In this document: positions 57,377-64,000 of the stretch, in pieces
How the letters are laid out: every line of letters starts with the position of its first letter
Numbering within the stretch: the stretch's first letter is position 1
Assembly (NCBI GenBank): GCA_964057225.1
Contig: CAXKVF010000074.1
Location: forward strand, 496,001 to 560,000
Direction of reading: 5' to 3'
Origin: Auanema rhodensis
Lineage: Eukaryota; Animalia; Nematoda
DNA length: 64,000 nucleotides
Notes under the pieces: model-generated
What the model saw: the letters and a program-made list of their open reading frames with translations, nothing else
Databases searched by the model: none
What the model was told of the DNA's origin: nothing
Program-made: the position numbers and the translations under genes

Positions 57377-60300
57377 ACTTGGTATGTAACTCGCTTCACG
57401 TGTAAGATAAAGAGATGCGGTTTTCAAAATTAGATTCCCCATGTCCATATTAGTCTAAAAACAAATTTTTATAAATATTGGTGCATGGTAACCATGACTT
57501 TGAAATTTACGTGAACTTTAATTTATGCTAATTAAATGTACACGTGATGTGCTCTTGGTATGTAACTCGCTTCACGTGAAAGATAAAGAGATGCGGTTTT
57601 CAAAATTAGATTCCCCATGTCCATATTAGTCTAAAAACAAATTTTTATTGATATTGGTTCATGGTAACCATGACTTTGAAATTTACGTGAACTTTAATTT
57701 ATGCTAATTAAATGTACACGTGATGTGCACTTGGTATGTAACTCGCTTCACGTGAAAGATAAAGAGATGCGGTTTTCAAAATTAGATTCCCCATGTCCAT
57801 ATTAGTCTAAAAACAAATTTTTATTGATATTGGTTCATGGTAACCATGACTTTGAAATTTACGTGAACTTTAATTTATGCTAATTAAATGTACACGTGAT
57901 GTGCACTTGGTATGTAACTCGCTTCACGTGAAAGATAAAGAGATGCGGTTTTCAAAATTATATTCCCCATGTCCATATTAGTCTAAAAACAAATTTTTAT
58001 TGATATTGGTGCATGGTAACCATGACTTTGAAATTTACGTGAACTTTAATTTATGCTAATTAAATGTACACGTGATGTGCACTTGGTATGTAACTCGCTT
58101 CACGTGAAAGATAAAGAGATGCGGTTTTCAAAATTAGATTCCCCATGTCCATATTAGTCTAAAAACAAATTTTTATTGATATTGGTGCCTGGTAACCATG
58201 ACTTTGAAATTTACGTGAACTTTAATTTATGCTAATTAAATGTACACGTGATGTGCACTTGGTATGTAACTCGCTTCACGTAAAAGATAAAGAGATGCGG
58301 TTTTCAAAATTAGATTCCCCATGTCCATATTAGTCTAAAAACAAATTTTTATTGATATTGGTGCATGGTAACCATGACTTTGAAATTTACGTGAACTTTA
58401 ATTTATGCTAATTAAATGTACACGTGATGTGCACTTGGTATGTAACTCGCTTCACGTGAAAGATAAAGAGATGCGGTTTTCAAAATTAGATTCCCCATGT
58501 CCATATTAGTCTAAAAACAAATTTTTATTGATATTGGTGCATGGTAACCATGACTTTGAAATTTACGTGAACTTTAATTTATGCTAATTAAATGTACACG
58601 TGATGTGCACTTGGTATGTAACTCGCTTCACGTGAAAGATAAAGAGATGCGGTTTTCAAAATTAGATTCCCCATGTCCATATTAGTCTAAAAACAAATTT
58701 TTATTGATATTGGTGCATGGTAACCATGACTTTGAAATTTACGTGAACTTTAATTTATGCTAATTAAATGTACACGTGATGTGCACTTGGTATGTAACTC
58801 GCTTCACGTGAAAGATAAAGAGATGCGGTTTTCAAAATTAGATTCCCCATGTCCATATTAGTCTAAAAACAAATTTTTATTGATATTGGTTCATGGTAAC
58901 CATGACTTTGAAATTTACGTGAACTTTAATTTATGCTAATTAAATGTACACGTGATGTGCACTTGGTATGTAACTCGCTTCACGTGAAAGATAAAGAGAT
59001 GCGGTTTTCAAAATTAGATTCCCCATGTCCATATTAGTCTAAAAACAAATTTTTATTGATATTGGTGCATGGTAACCATGACTTTGAAATTTACGTGAAC
59101 TTTAATTTATGCTAATTAAATGTACACGTGATGTGCACTTGGTATGTAACTCGCTTCACGTGAAAGATAAAGAGATGCGGTTTTCAAAATTAGATTCCCC
59201 ATGTCCATATTAGTCTAAAAACAAATTTTTATTGATATTGGTGCATGGTAACCATGACTTTGAAATTTACGTGAACTTTAATTTATGCTAATTAAATGTA
59301 CACGTGATGTGCACTTGGTATGTAACTCGCTTCACGTGAATGATAAAGAGATGCGGTTTTCAAAATTAGATCCCCCATGTCCATATTAGTCTAAAAACAA
59401 ATTTTTATTGATATTGGTGCATGGTAACCATGACTTTGAAATTTACGTGAACTTTAATTTATGCTAATTAAATGTACACGTGATGTGCACTTGGTATGTA
59501 ACTCGCTTCACGTGAAAGATAAAGAGATGCGGTTTTCAAAATTAGATTCCCCATGTCGATATTAGTCTAAAAACAAATTTTTATTGATATTGGTTCATGG
59601 TAACCATGACTTTGAAATTTACGTGAACTTTAATTTATGCTAATTAAATGTACACGTGATGTGCACTTGGTATGTAACTCGCTTCACGTGAAAGATAAAG
59701 AGATGCGGTTTTCAAAATTAGATTCCCCATGTCCATATTAGTCTAAAAACAAATTTTTATTGATATTGGTGCCTGGTAACCATGACTTTGAAATTTACGT
59801 GAACTTTAATTTATGCTAATTAAATGTACACGTGATGTGCACTTGGTATGTAACTCGCTTCACGTAAAAGATAAAGAGATGCGGTTTCCAAAATTAGATT
59901 CCCCATGTCCATATTAGTCTAAAAACAAATTTTTATTGATATTGGTGCATGGTAACCATGACTTTGAATTTTACGTGAACTTTAATTTATGCTAATTAAA
60001 TGTACACGTGATGTGCACTTGGTATGTAACTCGCTTCAAGTGAAAGATAAAGAGATGCGGTTTTCAAGATTAGATTCCCCATGTCCATATTAGTCTAAAA
60101 ACAAATTTTTATTGATATTGCTTCATGGTAACCATGACTTTGAAATTTACGTGAACTTTAATTTATGCTAATTAAATGTACACGTGATGTGCACTTGGTA
60201 TGTAACTCACTTCACGTAAAAGATAAAGAGATGCGGTTTTCAAAATTAGATTCCCCATGTCCATATTGGTCTAAAAACAAATTTTTATTGATATTGGTGC

Positions 60301-62480
60301 ATGGTAACCATGACTTTGAATTTTACGTGAACTTTAATTTATGCTAATTAAATGTACACGTGATGTGCACTTGGTATGTAACTCGCTTCACGTGAAAGAT
60401 AAAGAGATGCGGTTTTCAAAATTATATTCCCCATGTCCATATTAGTCTAAAAACAAATTTGTATTGATATTGGTTCATGGTAACCATGACTTTGAAATTT
60501 ACGTGAACTTTAATTTATGCTAATTAAATGTACACGTGATGTGCACTTGGTATGTAACTCGCTTCACGTGAAAGATAAAGAGATGCGGTTTTCAAAATTA
60601 GATTCCCCATGTCCATATTAGTCTAAAAACAAATTTTTATTGATATTGGTTCATGGTAACCATGACTTTGAAATTTACGTGAACTTTAATTTATGCTAAT
60701 TAAATGTACACGTGATGTGCACTTGGTATGTAACTCGCTTCACGTGTAAGATAAAGAGATGCGGTTTTCAAAATTAGATTCCCCATGTCCATATTAGTCT
60801 AAAAACAAATTTTTATAAATATTGGTGCATGGTAACCATGACTTTGAAATTTACGTGAACTTTAATTTATGCTAATTAAATGTACACGTGATGTGCTCTT
60901 GGTATGTAACTCGCTTCACGTGAAAGATAAAGAGATGCGGTTTTCAAAATTAGATTCCCCATGTCCATATTAGTCTAAAAACAAATTTTTATTGATATTG
61001 GTTCATGGTAACCATGACTTTGAAATTTACGTGAACTTTAATTTATGCTAATTAAATGTACACGTGATGTGCACTTGGTATGTAACTCGCTTCACGTGAA
61101 AGATAAAGAGATGCGGTTTTCAAAATTAGATTCCCCATGTCCATATTAGTCTAAAAACAAATTTTTATTGATATTGGTTCATGGTAACCATGACTTTGAA
61201 ATTTACGTGAACTTTAATTTATGCTAATTAAATGTACACGTGATGTGCACTTGGTATGTAACTCGCTTCACGTGAAAGTTAAAGAGATGCGGTTTTCAAA
61301 ATTAGATTCCCCATGTACATATTAGTCTAAAAACAAATTTTTATTGATATTGGTGCATGGTAACCATGACTTTGAAATTTACGTGAACTTTAATTTATGC
61401 TAATTAAATGTACACGTGATGTGCACTTGGTATGTAACTCGCTTCACGTGAAAGATAAAGAGATGCGGTTTTCAAAATTATATTCCCCATGTCCATATTA
61501 GTCTAAAAACAAATTTTTATTGATATTGGTGCATGGTAACCATGACTTTGAAATTTACGTGAACTTTAATTTATGCTAATTAAATGTACACGTGATGTGC
61601 ACTTGGTATGTAACTCGCTTCACGTGAAAGATAAAGAGATGCGGTTTTCAAAATTAGATTCCCCATGTCCATATTAGTCTAAAAACAAATTTTTATTGAT
61701 ATTGGTTCATGGTAACCATGACTTTGAAATTTACGTGAACTTTAATTTATGCTAATTAAATGTACACGTGATGTGCACTTGGTATGTAACTCGCTTCACG
61801 TGAAAGATAAAGAGATGCGGTTTCCAAAATTAGATTCCCCATGTCCATATTAGTCTAAAAACAAATTTTTATTGATATTGGTGCATGGTAACCATGACTT
61901 TGAATTTTACGTGAACTTTAATTTATGCTAATTAAATGTACACGTGATGTGCACTTGGTATGTAACTCGCTTCAAGTGAAAGATAAAGAGATGCGGTTTT
62001 CAAAATTAGATTCCCCATGTCCATATTAGTCTAAAAACAAATTTTTATTGATATTGGTTCATGGTAACCATGACTTTGAAATTTACGTGAACTTTAATTT
62101 ATGCTAATTAAATGTACACGTGATGTGCACTTGGTATGTAACTCGCTTCACGTGAAAGATAAAGAGATGCGGTTTTCAAAATTAGATCCCCCATGTCCAT
62201 ATTAGTCTAAAAACAAATTTTTATTGATATTGGTGCATGGTAACCATGACTTTGAAATTTACGTGAACTTTAATTTATGCTAATTAAATGTACACGTGAT
62301 GTGCACTTGGTATGTAACTCGCTTCACGTGAAAGATAAAGAGATGCGGTTTTCAAAATTAGATTCCCCATGTCGATATTAGTCTAAAAACAAATTTTTAT
62401 TGATATTGGTTCATGGTAACCATGACTTTGAAATTTACGTGAACTTTAATTTATGCTAATTAAATGTACACGTGATGTGC

Positions 62481-63536
62481 ACTTGGTATGTAACTCGCTT
62501 CACGTGAAAGATAAAGAGATGCGGTTTTCAAAATTAGATTCCCCATGTCCATATTAGTCTAAAAACAAATTTTTATTGATATTGGTGCCTGGTAACCATG
62601 ACTTTGAAATTTACGTGAACTTTAATTTATGCTAATTAAATGTACACGTGATGTGCACTTGGTATGTAACTCGCTTCACGTAAAAGATAAAGAGATGCGG
62701 TTTCCAAAATTAGATTCCCCATGTCCATATTAGTCTAAAAACAAATTTTTATTGATATTGGTGCATGGTAACCATGACTTTGAATTTTACGTGAACTTTA
62801 ATTTATGCTAATTAAATGTACACGTGATGTGCACTTGGTATGTAACTCGCTTCAAGTGAAAGATAAAGAGATGCGGTTTTCAAAATTAGATTCCCCATGT
62901 CCATATTAGTCTAAAAACAAATTTTTATTGATATTGGTTCATGGTAACCATGACTTTGAAATTTACGTGAACTTTAATTTATGCTAATTAAATGTACACG
63001 TGATGTGCACTTGGTATGTAACTCGCTTCACGTGAAAGATAAAGAGATGCGGTTTTCAAAATTAGATTCCCCATGTCCATATTAGTCTAAAAACAAATTT
63101 TTATTGATATTGGTGCCTGGTAACCATGACTTTGAAATTTACGTGAACTTTAATTTATGCTAATTAAATGTACACGTGATGTGCACTTGGTATGTAACTC
63201 GCTTCACGTAAAAGATAAAGAGATGCGGTTTCCAAAATTAGATTCCCCATGTCCATATTAGTCTAAAAACAAATTTTTATTGATATTGGTGCATGGTAAC
63301 CATGACTTTGAATTTTACGTGAACTTTAATTTATGCTAATTAAATGTACACGTGATGTGCACTTGGTATGTAACTCGCTTCAAGTGAAAGATAAAGAGAT
63401 GCGGTTTTCAAGATTAGATTCCCCATGTCCATATTAGTCTAAAAACAAATTTTTATTGATATTGCTTCATGGTAACCATGACTTTGAAATTTACGTGAAC
63501 TTTAATTTATGCTAATTAAATGTACACGTGATGTGC
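62481..63536 (+). repeat. Local 3-mer (528 bp) x2
   Basis: A109C monomer, then G26A+T48C+A129T monomer, then C23A monomer, at 62481-63008 and again at 63009-63536. Confidence 0.85.
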
Positions 63537-64000
63537 ACTTGGTATGTAACTCACTTCACGTAAAAGATAAAGAGATGCGGTTTTCAAAATTAGATTCCCC
63601 ATGTCCATATTGGTCTAAAAACAAATTTTTATTGATATTGGTGCATGGTAACCATGACTTTGAATTTTACGTGAACTTTAATTTATGCTAATTAAATGTA
63701 CACGTGATGTGCACTTGGTATGTAACTCGCTTCACGTGAAAGATAAAGAGATGCGGTTTTCAAAATTAGATTCCCCATGTCCATATTAGTCTAAAAACAA
63801 ATTTTTATTGATATTGGTTCATGGTAACCATGACTTTGAAATTTACGTGAACTTTAATTTATGCTAATTAAATGTACACGTGATGTGCACTTGGTATGTA
63901 ACTCGCTTCACGTGTAAGATAAAGAGATGCGGTTTTCAAAATTAGATTCCCCATGTCCATATTAGTCTAAAAACAAATTTTTATAAATATTGGTGCATGG

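Larger units (their letters stand above)
1..64000. repeat. Tandem satellite DNA array, 176-bp monomer, ~363.6 copies, head-to-tail; putative centromeric/pericentromeric satellite
   Basis: ACTTGGTATG recurs in exact phase every 176 bp (checked at every 15th monomer: 1, 2641, 5281 ... 60721, 63361). There are 363 full units to 63888 plus a 112-bp partial. The array continues off both window edges. The centromeric assignment is inference from unit length, AT-richness and homogeneity. Confidence 0.99.

Noticed and set aside
12821-63691. Eight 60-aa ORFs (12821, 19157, 40277, 54357, 55589, 56997, 60165, 63509) as protein-coding genes
   Set aside because: Each is one satellite monomer with TAG mutated to TGG or TAT. 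Copies track array duplications, there is no recognisable domain or gene context, and common variants show no synonymous bias.
1-64000. CRISPR array or other repeat-spacer system
   Set aside because: There are no unique spacers; the entire 176 bp is repeated, and no cas or other genes are present.
1-64000. Transposon insertions, inversions or telomeric repeats within the array
   Set aside because: The 176-bp phase and orientation are unbroken from start to end, leaving no room for inserted sequence.

Overview
The whole 64-kb window is one uninterrupted head-to-tail satellite DNA array. It has a 176-bp monomer (~32% GC by my count of the consensus), 363 full copies plus a 112-bp partial copy, all in the same orientation. 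I saw no indels, inversions, transposon insertions or unique sequence. Monomers differ from the consensus by about 0-4 substitutions. Nucleosome-like unit length, AT-richness, homogeneity and dense dyad symmetry fit a eukaryotic centromeric or pericentromeric satellite, but I cannot name the family or organism. The hidden structure lies in the order of variant monomers. A >=18.9-kb block (1-~18938) recurs at 27281-~46394 (offset 155, then 156 monomers) with only two substitutions and one single-monomer duplication found by eye. There are nested local tandem duplications of 2, 3, 4, 5, 8, ~15 and 19 monomers, recombinant monomers, and a ~2-kb island of private variants (18833-20944) exactly where the large duplication ends. 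The eight 60-aa ORFs come from point changes that remove the single TAG in one frame of the monomer and are probably not genes. No protein-coding, RNA-gene or CRISPR system is supported. All variant comparisons were made by eye.
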